Below are positions 9,978-18,763 of a stretch of 64,000 bases of DNA, piece after piece (position 1 is the stretch's first letter; every line of letters begins with the position of its first letter). The stretch covers positions 62,001 to 126,000 of IMG/VR virus record IMGVR_UViG_3300046616_000314; one strand, given 5' to 3'. The notes beneath the pieces were generated by a model that saw only the letters and a list, made by a program, of their open reading frames with translations, ran no database searches and was not told the DNA's origin. Both the position numbers and the translations under genes were made by a program.

Positions 9978-10264
9978 ACGGCGCGGATGAAGTATACGCG
10001 GGTTATGTGGTCGAAATCTCAGATGACGAAATCAGCTATAAACTTAATGCACGCGGAAAGCAAATGCATGTGAGTTATCCATGCAATGAATGCGCCGTTC
10101 TGCGTCTTGATAAATCAACCGCATTGGGAGATTTGGACGTTACAGATTTCAGAAAAACTATGCAAACAATCTCAAGGAAAGCTACGGTATTCTTTGGCGG
10201 ATCATATGTTTTTCATTTCAAGAACCCAGATGATCTTATCCTGCATTGTCTGAAATACTCATGA
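9974..10264 (+). CDS. FKLK-motif family protein (divergent)
   Basis: FKNPDDLILHCLKYS*; ATGA overlap. Confidence 0.7.
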   Translation: MNGADEVYAGYVVEISDDEISYKLNARGKQMHVSYPCNECAVLRLDKSTALGDLDVTDFRKTMQTISRKATVFFGGSYVFHFKNPDDLILHCLKYS

Positions 10265-10641
10265 AACAAGTTACAGCTAAAATCATGAAACTTAGCGAAT
10301 TTGTTGCTCTACACAATCCGCGAGTTTGCGACGGCACGGTGGATTGCTATATCGATGAAGCAACGACTTGTGAGGACGAAGACCCGCGCAACTATTCCTG
10401 TGAACCCATTGCCGATGACGATCTTGAACTAATTGAATATCCTTGTTACACCGCGCATCATTTCACGCATTCTGAAATCTATAGCGACCGCTGGAACAGT
10501 GTGTTCAAAGCCGTCAAGGTGCATAAACTTCCGGCGTATTTTGTGGATTACCATCTAGGCGGTGTTCCCATAGAATCGTGCATTATCTTGGCGCACAAAA
10601 GCGACGAAGATGGCATGTTGTTTAAATTGAAACTCACATGA
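10261..10641 (+). CDS. FKLK-motif family protein
   Basis: HKSDEDGMLFKLKLT*; start moved to the ATGA overlap. Confidence 0.75.
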   Translation: MKQVTAKIMKLSEFVALHNPRVCDGTVDCYIDEATTCEDEDPRNYSCEPIADDDLELIEYPCYTAHHFTHSEIYSDRWNSVFKAVKVHKLPAYFVDYHLGGVPIESCIILAHKSDEDGMLFKLKLT

Positions 10642-10946
10642 CTGTTCACAAAGGCTGGAAAGTCACCATTGAACCGACCGATGTCGCCGGGATCGAATGG
10701 GAAGCGCATCGTTATGGTGGTCCGCAAATAATCACGGGTGATTGCTTGTATACACCCATTTTTGACGTGAGAGATATAACGCGATGGAATGCATTTTTGA
10801 ATTTTGCTCATACCTATGAGAGAACAATTTGGCAAATTGCGCGGGATCATGGTGAAGCCCCCGATACCTATTATGCTCCTGTTGGCTATGTGATCGATTT
10901 CGCTTCTGAAGAAGAAGCGTTGTTGTATAAGTTGAAACACGAATGA
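10638..10946 (+). CDS. FKLK-motif family protein
   Basis: FASEEEALLYKLKHE*. Confidence 0.8.
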   Translation: MTVHKGWKVTIEPTDVAGIEWEAHRYGGPQIITGDCLYTPIFDVRDITRWNAFLNFAHTYERTIWQIARDHGEAPDTYYAPVGYVIDFASEEEALLYKLKHE

Positions 10947-11425
10947 TCCCTGTATTTGACAACGACAGTCTCAAGCCAGATATCACGCGCTTCGTAATAG
11001 AGAAGACGAACCTTCCTGCACGTCATAACAGTGCAGTCGTATATGTCTTAAATCAAGTGGACTATTCCCCTGGCATATATTCTTTAGATCAGCAAACGTC
11101 TAAGATTGAATTCTTTCGCGTTGGCGTAATCAAACACACGAATATGAAGAAATTCCAATCAATGGAATTCGATACGGATGTTGCTGGACAACATGAAGTA
11201 GAACTATTCAACAAAGAATTAACAGCACTCGACGCAAGCTATCATCACCCCGTGAATATTGGAATAATGACCAATTGGCGATCTGAAGTCATAAACTGGA
11301 TCATCGAAAACATTGACGGTGCTTGGACGCTTATGTCACTTCTGCATGAGAATCGGAAATGGGGTTGCACTTTTTATTTTGCATCTGACGAAGATGCGGC
11401 TACAATAAAATTTAAGTTTGGTTAA
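10943..11425 (+). CDS. FKLK-motif family protein
   Basis: FYFASDEDAATIKFKFG*. Confidence 0.8.
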   Translation: MIPVFDNDSLKPDITRFVIEKTNLPARHNSAVVYVLNQVDYSPGIYSLDQQTSKIEFFRVGVIKHTNMKKFQSMEFDTDVAGQHEVELFNKELTALDASYHHPVNIGIMTNWRSEVINWIIENIDGAWTLMSLLHENRKWGCTFYFASDEDAATIKFKFG

Positions 11426-11888
11426 AGCGTATTTTTACGAGATTTTTATGAAGCCCAGTCATGCTCTCATTGGTGGTGAATTAATTCCAATTCAATTTTA
11501 TGAACTGGAAAGCCCCAATCAATTCGGAACCTATCTTGTCCCATTCGCCAAAGCGTTGTTGGTCGAACAGACCCCGTGTCTGAACGTGTACGACATCAAG
11601 GGCACGAAGTTCCTTGTGCTTGCTGGATCGGCGCCAGAGACCCCGTTCAACGTCATCGTAGCCGAATTCAACGAGCGTGGTTTCGATCTGGGTTTGGAAA
11701 TCCCTAGCGTTGAAACGCGCAACATTCTGTCGATGTTCACACTGTTGGAAGTCGATGACGCTTTTGAAGTAGAATTCTACGAAGAAGAGGTTATCCTGTC
11801 GAGCATGGGCGATATCGTCATGGAAGATGTCAGAATCGCCATTGAATGTGATTCCGATCCATACTTCACGGATGAGCCGCCATTTTGA
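11418..11888 (+). CDS. Hypothetical acidic protein
   Basis: ORF fills the gap in a coupled operon; no FKLK motif; start uncertain. Confidence 0.65.
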   Translation: MVKAYFYEIFMKPSHALIGGELIPIQFYELESPNQFGTYLVPFAKALLVEQTPCLNVYDIKGTKFLVLAGSAPETPFNVIVAEFNERGFDLGLEIPSVETRNILSMFTLLEVDDAFEVEFYEEEVILSSMGDIVMEDVRIAIECDSDPYFTDEPPF

Positions 11889-12253
11889 TCCTCGCTGATT
11901 ATATCAAAAAGCATTTCGCGGATGGATATAATAGTCTCAAGGTAGGGACTACGACTGATCCTGCGTTGATTATTGAACACGGAAATAAATGGTGTTACAA
12001 CGTCGATAACGACGCAGATGCGGATTTTCAGAAAGCCGCTTACTATTCGCATTACTGCTTTCCAAGCGGGACAGTTTTCAATGATCAATGGAAGCGATTG
12101 TATGAATACATCGTTGCCCGAGACATTGAAATATTTTTCATTAGAGTCCACGATTACTACGCTACAATTAATAACCCTCGACAAATATCAGTAGTTGTCA
12201 TTCCGCACGATACAGAAGAAGAGGCGGTATTTGCTAAGGTAAAGGTCGGATGA
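11885..12253 (+). CDS. FKLK-motif family protein (PHDTEEEA subfamily)
   Basis: PHDTEEEAVFAKVKVG*; close paralog of the next gene. Confidence 0.75.
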   Translation: MILADYIKKHFADGYNSLKVGTTTDPALIIEHGNKWCYNVDNDADADFQKAAYYSHYCFPSGTVFNDQWKRLYEYIVARDIEIFFIRVHDYYATINNPRQISVVVIPHDTEEEAVFAKVKVG

Positions 12254-12615
12254 TCCTTACTGAATACATCGATACCATCATGTACGATTACAACAGCATC
12301 AGGGAAGGGAGACCGGACGACCCGTTTTCAATGCCATCGGTGTCAAATATAATTTACCGCTATACCAAAACACATATTAATCCCGACACCGTAGATCATG
12401 CCTGTTATTCCCATTATGTTTTCCAGTCTGGAACGCTAAGAGGCTCCCGATGGGAACGACTACATTCGTATGTTTTAGGAAGAAAATCTAAAATATATTT
12501 TATTACTCGCTATGCTTCCGACGTTAATTTCATACACTATCAACAAGAAGCCGTTATCATCGTTCCACACGATACGGAAGAAGAAGCATTCTTCGCTAGA
12601 GTTAAAAACGGATGA
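12250..12615 (+). CDS. FKLK-motif family protein (PHDTEEEA subfamily)
   Basis: PHDTEEEAFFARVKNG*. Confidence 0.75.
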   Translation: MILTEYIDTIMYDYNSIREGRPDDPFSMPSVSNIIYRYTKTHINPDTVDHACYSHYVFQSGTLRGSRWERLHSYVLGRKSKIYFITRYASDVNFIHYQQEAVIIVPHDTEEEAFFARVKNG

Positions 12616-13313
12616 TCTACCATCTTGAACCCATCGGTGATTGGTCTACGGTAGCTGATGAAGATCGCTTTAGCGGTTTTCTAGACGGCGACCGCCGAGC
12701 ACTACATAATCCAAAGTGGCGCGGAAACGTGCGCGATGCTTTCCGTAATACATCGCACCAATACAATTTCTTTTTCCTTCAAGACGTAAAAGATCGTCGT
12801 TCAACGTACACGGCTAAATCTCTATTTGAAGTGAGTGATTACCTTCTTGACTATACATTCGATATGTCAGTACCAGACTCAATCAACGTGGTGTTCACGA
12901 ACAATTTCGGTACTGATCGCGTCGCAATGACACCCTGGATCATTGCTCATAGAACGTCGCACACAATCCACGAACACTTGGATGATGGCAAGGGTGTAGA
13001 ATACGTTCAAATATTACACGATATGTGTATTCATATCAAAAATATCAATAATTGCCATCATCGATTGAATAAAGACTTGCGCCAAGTCTTGAAATTCCGC
13101 AGCGCAAAGAAACAGCTTACGCGATATGGCGAATTGTTTCATGAAATATTCGCTCAATACTTGATACAAGGAAGCGTGACATTCATCAAACTCCCAAACA
13201 CCGTTCCTGATGCGGATGTAATCAATTCGATTACTAGAAAATATGCACCGAAGATCAATGCCTCTATCAAGAGACTATTAGATCAATCTGTTGGTAACAT
13301 TTATATTCTTTAG
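12612..13313 (+). CDS. Hypothetical protein with atypical zincin-like motif
   Basis: MTPWIIAHRTSH and ELFHEIFAQYL. Confidence 0.6.
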   Translation: MIYHLEPIGDWSTVADEDRFSGFLDGDRRALHNPKWRGNVRDAFRNTSHQYNFFFLQDVKDRRSTYTAKSLFEVSDYLLDYTFDMSVPDSINVVFTNNFGTDRVAMTPWIIAHRTSHTIHEHLDDGKGVEYVQILHDMCIHIKNINNCHHRLNKDLRQVLKFRSAKKQLTRYGELFHEIFAQYLIQGSVTFIKLPNTVPDADVINSITRKYAPKINASIKRLLDQSVGNIYIL

Positions 13314-14200
13314 TAATAGCCGTCGTCTTCGCGAGGATCGAAGACGCCTGGAACATAGATGTCATCCAATGCCAGACGCTTGACCATTTTGACATTGTGC
13401 AGCAACGGTTCGCCATCGGCTCCATCGTCTTCTAGCTCTGTTCCCTGGACAAGGAAGATATCGCGCTTACCCTTAGCGGTAGCCGAGAACAAACCGTCCA
13501 TCGTTCCATTGAGCGTGTTTTCATTGATGCCGTCCCCGATTGCCCAACGTTGTTCTTCCATTTCCCAATCGGCATGATAGGCGGATACGCCCTTTTCCCA
13601 CACCGGATGACCTTCTTCGCGAGAGGCTAGGAAATTCTGTGAACGTTCATCATCGCGCCATAGACCGAAACGAACATAATATCTGCCTAGCATGTAGGCT
13701 TTGTTTTCAGGCGTGAACATTTGTTTGACATATCGTCTTGCCAAATCAAGTGCGCCAGGAAGCGGAATAGAGATCAGTTCGCCACGATATGTGCCGCCCG
13801 TGTCTACGATATTGCCATCTAGATCGAAGACAACGCGCAGATGATCAGGTTCAGCTTTTGAACCACGATTGGGGTGATATGAGATAGCCGGGACGTTGTA
13901 GATAGCAAAAGTGTTCTTGTGCTTGTCTAGGTATTTTTGGACGGTTACTTGCGTCCAGCTACGCCAGCCAAAATAAGCATAGAATGCAAGCCACTCAGGG
14001 TTTTGCATTACCTTGCCTTCAATGCGCTTTAAGTCTGCCCCAGAGGGTGGCCACGTCTCAGGGGTGAAATCGGGCTTGCCTTCGGCATCCATTTGCGAGG
14101 ATGTCTTGTAGTGGGGAGCTAAGTCCTGCCAATAAGAACGCCCAACGTCTGTCGGATGCTCGCGATAATACTTTTCTTCAAACAGTTCTGACAGGCGCAT
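13310..14200 (-). CDS. Putative R-S-E type ADP-ribosyltransferase-fold protein with capsid-targeting-like N-terminus
   Basis: MRLSELFE; YVRFG..RS.N, EKGVSAY and GADGEPLL spacing suggests an R-S-E triad. Confidence 0.5.
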   Translation of the reverse strand: MRLSELFEEKYYREHPTDVGRSYWQDLAPHYKTSSQMDAEGKPDFTPETWPPSGADLKRIEGKVMQNPEWLAFYAYFGWRSWTQVTVQKYLDKHKNTFAIYNVPAISYHPNRGSKAEPDHLRVVFDLDGNIVDTGGTYRGELISIPLPGALDLARRYVKQMFTPENKAYMLGRYYVRFGLWRDDERSQNFLASREEGHPVWEKGVSAYHADWEMEEQRWAIGDGINENTLNGTMDGLFSATAKGKRDIFLVQGTELEDDGADGEPLLHNVKMVKRLALDDIYVPGVFDPREDDGYY

Positions 14201-14203
14201 CCA

Positions 14204-14497
14204 TTATTTATTATGGGCGTGGAAGCATCCGTTTGCGATGTTGAACATGACACATCCACCGATGAAACATAGGACACTGATGCCGATGAAAGAATCAACT
14301 CCCGTTGCATCATACAGAGTGAAACCAGCGACCAGAAGGAACGGTGACGTGATGAAAAGAATGGCGCCTGCGATCAGGGCGACGTAACCCGTGATGGCTT
14401 CGGATCGTGCGCGCTCGCGGATCATGATCAAGGATCGGTTAGCCAATCCATGCAACATTTTATTGAGAACATTGATGTTGTGGGAAACCATTTTCAT
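14204..14497 (-). CDS. Small membrane protein
   Basis: Two hydrophobic segments; coupled operon. Confidence 0.65.
   Translation of the reverse strand: MKMVSHNINVLNKMLHGLANRSLIMIRERARSEAITGYVALIAGAILFITSPFLLVAGFTLYDATGVDSFIGISVLCFIGGCVMFNIANGCFHAHNK
14205..14210 (-). promoter_or_regulatory. T4-late-like promoter element TAAATA
   Basis: TAAATA-ATGG-ATG (gene start 14200). Confidence 0.7.
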
Positions 14498-14745
14498 ATT
14501 CTTTCCTCAACATGAACGAAGAAAATTGTTGCAACGGCGATCACCAGGGCGACCACTGCTAAGAACACGTTATGATGCGCTGCACTCATGCCAAACATCA
14601 TGCCAAGCATGATGATAAACACGTGTTTCACTGCGAGCAATATGTGAGTGTATCTCGCAGTTTTGGTGGCGTTTTCGCGTTGACGCAAACGATCTTTGTT
14701 GCGTTGCTCATTGATGAGCCTAACGAATTCGTCTTTTACAAACAT
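14494..14745 (-). CDS. Small membrane protein
   Basis: Two C-terminal hydrophobic segments. Confidence 0.65.
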   Translation of the reverse strand: MFVKDEFVRLINEQRNKDRLRQRENATKTARYTHILLAVKHVFIIMLGMMFGMSAAHHNVFLAVVALVIAVATIFFVHVEERI

Positions 14746-15053
14746 TATTTCATACCGAAGAAGTGTGCCCGATGCACGGTCTTATAGGAATCCATTGCGT
14801 ATGCGGGTAAATGCGAAACCCCAACGATATCGAACATCGCTTTCGATCCCGCGCCGAAGAACAGCAAATGGATTAAGAGCAAGCCCAATCCGACACCTGT
14901 GACGATGGGCGATTGGATATGGATACCGAAGGCGAGGATCAGACTCAACACGATAGTACCATGCACTAACACCAACACTGTGCCTATCGCAACACGGAAT
15001 TGGTTTTCGGCTTCTTTGCGTATCGATTTATATTCGTAGCGAACTTCGTTCAT
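14745..15053 (-). CDS. Small membrane protein
   Basis: Two hydrophobic segments. Confidence 0.65.
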   Translation of the reverse strand: MNEVRYEYKSIRKEAENQFRVAIGTVLVLVHGTIVLSLILAFGIHIQSPIVTGVGLGLLLIHLLFFGAGSKAMFDIVGVSHLPAYAMDSYKTVHRAHFFGMK

Positions 15054-15316
15054 CGGTATTCACAACCTTTGAACCAATGCGTTTGCCCAACTCTTTTAAG
15101 ATCGACTTTGAAAAGAGCAATGAACACACCGGTTGCAGGAACAGTGAGCGCAATTATTGCCAATGCCACCATATAGTCTTTATTGAAAATACAAGTTACG
15201 ATCAATCCAATCATAACCGAGAGCATGGTAGCATGAAATGAAGTATTCATATACAAATCGCGCAGAGCATCTTCCGCACAAGTACGAACATCTTCGATTT
15301 CATACGGTTTAGGCAT
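15050..15316 (-). CDS. Small membrane protein
   Basis: Two hydrophobic segments. Confidence 0.65.
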   Translation of the reverse strand: MPKPYEIEDVRTCAEDALRDLYMNTSFHATMLSVMIGLIVTCIFNKDYMVALAIIALTVPATGVFIALFKVDLKRVGQTHWFKGCEYR

Positions 15317-15548
15317 TGCTCATCCATTTCAACTTGAACAAGATCATGTCTTCTGCGTTCGCAAACTCGATGAAATCGTGAAAGTATCCTTCAGTATACC
15401 AATACCAACCCTTAGTCAAGTTAGTACGACACCAATCCTCAACGTCTTCATTGAGATACGTTTTTTCTATAAGTCTACCGTGACCTTTTGCAGCCGTTTG
15501 AACAAACATTGCATAGGTCAAATAAGAGGGAAGGTTGATCCTAAACAT
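15309..15548 (-). CDS. FKLK-motif family protein
   Basis: EDWCRTN..KGW; FANAEDMILFKLKW. Confidence 0.8.
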   Translation of the reverse strand: MFRINLPSYLTYAMFVQTAAKGHGRLIEKTYLNEDVEDWCRTNLTKGWYWYTEGYFHDFIEFANAEDMILFKLKWMSNA

Positions 15549-15798
15549 GATTCAATTCGTCAGGAATGTCGCGCGTGAGTGCAGAGACACAATAACTTAA
15601 ACCGGCTGCTACGGCGAAAAAACAGGTCACGATTAAAAGAATGGCGGTGTGCATCAAAGCCCAAATACCAATCGGAACAAATATAACCAAAAGAATGAAG
15701 CCGACACAATACTCACGAAGTTGTGTGCTGGCGGTAACTTCGGCTGTACGTCTTTTGTATTTAAGAGTTGCGTGTCTTAATTCTTGCATCGAAGCCAT
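15541..15798 (-). CDS. Small membrane protein
   Basis: Two hydrophobic segments. Confidence 0.6.
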   Translation of the reverse strand: MASMQELRHATLKYKRRTAEVTASTQLREYCVGFILLVIFVPIGIWALMHTAILLIVTCFFAVAAGLSYCVSALTRDIPDELNHV

Positions 15799-15799
15799 A

Positions 15800-16000
15800 T
15801 CAACACCACTTCAATTTGAAAGTGATCATTTCTTCGTCGCTATGGAAATTGAGAACTAAGTTTCCATTCACGTCTTCGAACGGAGGATCAATTTTGATAT
15901 CATTGTCGATAAGCCATGCAACAACGTCTGGGTTGATAGCCATAGTTGTTTTGTAATTCCAGATATGATGTTCTGGAACGATGACTTGTTTGTTGCTCAT
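15800..16000 (-). CDS. FKLK-motif family protein (minimal, 66 aa)
   Basis: FHSDEEMITFKLKWC*. Confidence 0.8.
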   Translation of the reverse strand: MSNKQVIVPEHHIWNYKTTMAINPDVVAWLIDNDIKIDPPFEDVNGNLVLNFHSDEEMITFKLKWC

Positions 16001-16344
16001 AAGTATTTCAACTTGAAAGCGGTATACGCTTCATCATTCGGAAAGATGAATTCGTTGTTGCCCGTCTTTTCGATTGTAGTTTTGACATCATGGGCTTTCA
16101 ACCACTGACGAAACTCATTAGTCAATTTCGGCGGATCAACCCAACGATGCTCAGGCGCGCTCATACGTGGGTCAGCCCATATATAAATGAGACCCAATGC
16201 CATATGAATTTTGTCTTCCCAACGCCAATAATCGGGAGGCGGAATACCCGTCATGTCCAATGTCCCATCGGTATTGGTTGAACTTTTCAAAAAATGTTTC
16301 CATTCGGTTTCGGAATACAGCCGAGGATAGGGATTCGTTTTCAT
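15997..16344 (-). CDS. FKLK-motif family protein
   Basis: FPNDEAYTAFKLKYL*. Confidence 0.8.
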   Translation of the reverse strand: MKTNPYPRLYSETEWKHFLKSSTNTDGTLDMTGIPPPDYWRWEDKIHMALGLIYIWADPRMSAPEHRWVDPPKLTNEFRQWLKAHDVKTTIEKTGNNEFIFPNDEAYTAFKLKYL

Positions 16345-16598
16345 GAGCCGAAACGCATCTTGAAGGCTACGGCATTTTCGAGCGTGGTGAAAGTAAGAAT
16401 GTATCGCCCACGTGCCGTTTCGGGTGCGCGATCAAAGAAATAAAAGAATTGGATTTCGCAGGCTTGCATCCACGCTGCCATGTCATCGGTAACAGGACCG
16501 CGCACGGCATTGCGAGGAATTTCCATACCAAATGGGAAAACATGCCCGTGGTGAGAGAATGCGGTGATCTCGAATAATGCAGGTTCAGTCATTGCCAT
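16341..16598 (-). CDS. FKLK-motif family protein
   Basis: FTTLENAVAFKMRFGS*. Confidence 0.75.
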   Translation of the reverse strand: MAMTEPALFEITAFSHHGHVFPFGMEIPRNAVRGPVTDDMAAWMQACEIQFFYFFDRAPETARGRYILTFTTLENAVAFKMRFGS

Positions 16599-16861
16599 TT
16601 CAACTTGAACATCACACGGTCTTCATCCGACGTGAAAGAAATCGAGGGATAATTCGACCAGCCGTTGTCATACGTCAGCCAAAACGTGGAATAACGAATT
16701 TCATTGTCTAGAAGATAGTCCAGCACTTTCGCCGAAAGCAACGGACGCATTAAGCCCGCGCCTCCGCGTTGTGTTACAAGTCGGAAAGCAATAGTCATGG
16801 CAAACGGATACCCGGTCTTGAATTCCGGTATATCCATGAACGCTTCAATCTTATCGGTCAC
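16589..16861 (-). CDS. FKLK-motif family protein
   Basis: FTSDEDRVMFKLKWQ*. Confidence 0.8.
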   Translation of the reverse strand: MTDKIEAFMDIPEFKTGYPFAMTIAFRLVTQRGGAGLMRPLLSAKVLDYLLDNEIRYSTFWLTYDNGWSNYPSISFTSDEDRVMFKLKWQ

Positions 16862-17490
16862 AGTGTCTTCCGCTCATAGTAGCGTAGAAGCGTTCTAATC
16901 GCTTCCTTGCCCTCTGTAGACAGGTCACGGCTACCGATGCCCGTCCACACGCCATGGGGCTCTGGTGGGCTTTCTAGAGCGTTCCAGCGCACACGACTGT
17001 TCAGACCATTCCAGACGTACCATTGTTCGGTTAGTTGATCGAAGACGTAGCATTCGCACGCTGCACCATTGACGCGATCAATGAACATTTGAACAGCCCA
17101 AGCCGTTCCGCCTGATACCATACCATCTTCAATATCAGCCACGGCGTATACTCGTTCGGTATCTTTGACTTGATAGTAATTACGGCGCAACAGATTACGA
17201 ACGTAAAGATATTTGTCAGGAATGTTGGCGGGCGTATTGAGTTGAAAACTCTTTCGAGTCTTCACACCAGCGGCTTTGTATCGCGCATTCATGTTCTTCG
17301 CAGCGGTATGACACGCCTTGTTCGCCGCTTCTAATTGCTCATCGGTCAGCCGGGCAACTTCGGCTTCGGGAACATAGACCTTTGCATCAGCGAAAGACCA
17401 ATGGACGACTTCATGTCCAGCCGTACCGGCACACATGCCCCATTGGGCATCGGCGCCTTTAGCTCCACCACTGAGACAGATCGGTTTCAT
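16858..17490 (-). CDS. SLOG-superfamily (DprA/YpsA/MoCo-carrier-like) nucleotide-binding protein
   Basis: LSGGAKGADAQW, LLRRNYYQV, SGGTAWAV, TGIGSR motifs. Confidence 0.65.
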   Translation of the reverse strand: MKPICLSGGAKGADAQWGMCAGTAGHEVVHWSFADAKVYVPEAEVARLTDEQLEAANKACHTAAKNMNARYKAAGVKTRKSFQLNTPANIPDKYLYVRNLLRRNYYQVKDTERVYAVADIEDGMVSGGTAWAVQMFIDRVNGAACECYVFDQLTEQWYVWNGLNSRVRWNALESPPEPHGVWTGIGSRDLSTEGKEAIRTLLRYYERKTL

Positions 17491-17921
17491 TTGCTTTTAG
17501 TGATTCCGAGGACGGGAAGATCATTCCAATTTTTCAACATGCAGCTTTCCGTATCGAAATAGACAATCGGCTTATTCGAGGCGGTGAAACGATTCTTGAG
17601 CATGGTGATCATCATGTTGGTTTTACCCATCCCACGACCAGCCATCATGGCAAAACCAGTTTTCCACCGAGTGGCATACATCGTGCTCAGCCGCGCGGAA
17701 TATTTCAGCTTGAAGGTAGCTGCATCTTCGCTGTTCTTGATTTTGACCTGAACAACGTTGGTATAATAAAACTCATCAAGGCGAGTATTCTTCTCCCATG
17801 ATCCCCGAGTCTTGACGCGACCTTGCGTGCAGTTTTCAGCCAACCACGTTCGCAATTCTGCCGTGGCAGATGTTGGGGATGAATCTTTTAGATCATAGGT
17901 GAAAGTATGCCACTTACTCAT
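17487..17921 (-). CDS. FKLK-motif domain fused to a P-loop-like fragment
   Basis: IKNSEDAATFKLKYS, then AGRGMGKT and IVYFDTE. Confidence 0.65.
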   Translation of the reverse strand: MSKWHTFTYDLKDSSPTSATAELRTWLAENCTQGRVKTRGSWEKNTRLDEFYYTNVVQVKIKNSEDAATFKLKYSARLSTMYATRWKTGFAMMAGRGMGKTNMMITMLKNRFTASNKPIVYFDTESCMLKNWNDLPVLGITKSK

Positions 17922-18198
17922 TGATGATCTTCACTTTGATAGCGGTTGCTCTGAAGGAGTAAAACTTGCTGTATTCGAATTGATTGAGTTTCAAACGCAA
18001 AATGAACAAATCTTCTTCCGAACCTTCAACACGAACTTCGGGATTTATGTAGGACGCTCTCTCGTTGGCATCTATGTTAAAATCACCGATGTTTGCGCAA
18101 AATGCTACCAACGACTCTCGCCAGCACCAGAAAATATTATTCCTGGCGGCTTCTCGTCCACAGATGACCAGACACGATTGCATAAACCAATTTACCAA
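17914..18198 (-). CDS. FKLK-motif family protein (divergent)
   Basis: EGSEEDLFILRLKL. Confidence 0.6.
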   Translation of the reverse strand: MVNWFMQSCLVICGREAARNNIFWCWRESLVAFCANIGDFNIDANERASYINPEVRVEGSEEDLFILRLKLNQFEYSKFYSFRATAIKVKIINE

Positions 18199-18213
18199 AA
18201 ATTTACGACAAAA

Positions 18214-18444
18214 TCAACGTCCAAAAATGCTGATCGCGTGGGACCAACGTAGCATGACCAGGGCTCGTTGCTCGTCGGTTAAATCCTTGGCTAGGATGAC
18301 ACCATATACCGATTTGTCATATACCTTCACTGTAGGAAGATTTTCGGCAAACCAAGCTAAGATGGGAGCCGCGATACCATTCCATGCCTCAATGCTACGG
18401 ATTAACGGTCCCGGTGTGAGTTTGAGATCATAGAGTTTTTGCAT
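18214..18444 (-). CDS. FKLK-motif family protein (divergent)
   Basis: LAWFAEN; LTDEQRALVMLRWS. Confidence 0.55.
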   Translation of the reverse strand: MQKLYDLKLTPGPLIRSIEAWNGIAAPILAWFAENLPTVKVYDKSVYGVILAKDLTDEQRALVMLRWSHAISIFGR

Positions 18445-18763
18445 TGATTTCCGTCAGGGGAAACGAATAGAACTTCCCGTTGGTATGTTGGAAAGAGAAT
18501 TTCTCATATTTGATTTTGAACATAACTGCATCTTCGGGAGCCTTGAACTTGATCCGAATGCAATGCTCTGTACGAGAGGCACCATCACCAAATCGTGCAA
18601 GTTGCTTATGCATATTGATATTGATGCGTCCCTGCGTTTCAGCACCCAAAAACTCGCGCAGCATCGTAACAACAAGGCGATATTTCGCAATGTCTCGTGG
18701 ATAATACGATTGTTCGTTCAGGACATAAACATCAAGCGCAACAATGGAACCCCAATTAGACAT
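18428..18763 (-). CDS. FKLK-motif family protein
   Basis: FKAPEDAVMFKIKYE. Confidence 0.75.
   Translation of the reverse strand: MSNWGSIVALDVYVLNEQSYYPRDIAKYRLVVTMLREFLGAETQGRININMHKQLARFGDGASRTEHCIRIKFKAPEDAVMFKIKYEKFSFQHTNGKFYSFPLTEINAKTL

Noticed and set aside
6824-12615. Integron (attC cassettes) or diversity-generating retroelement behind the FKLK array
   Set aside because: No attC inverted cores, integrase, reverse transcriptase or adenine-only variant repeats; the motif shows synonymous variation consistent with protein-level selection
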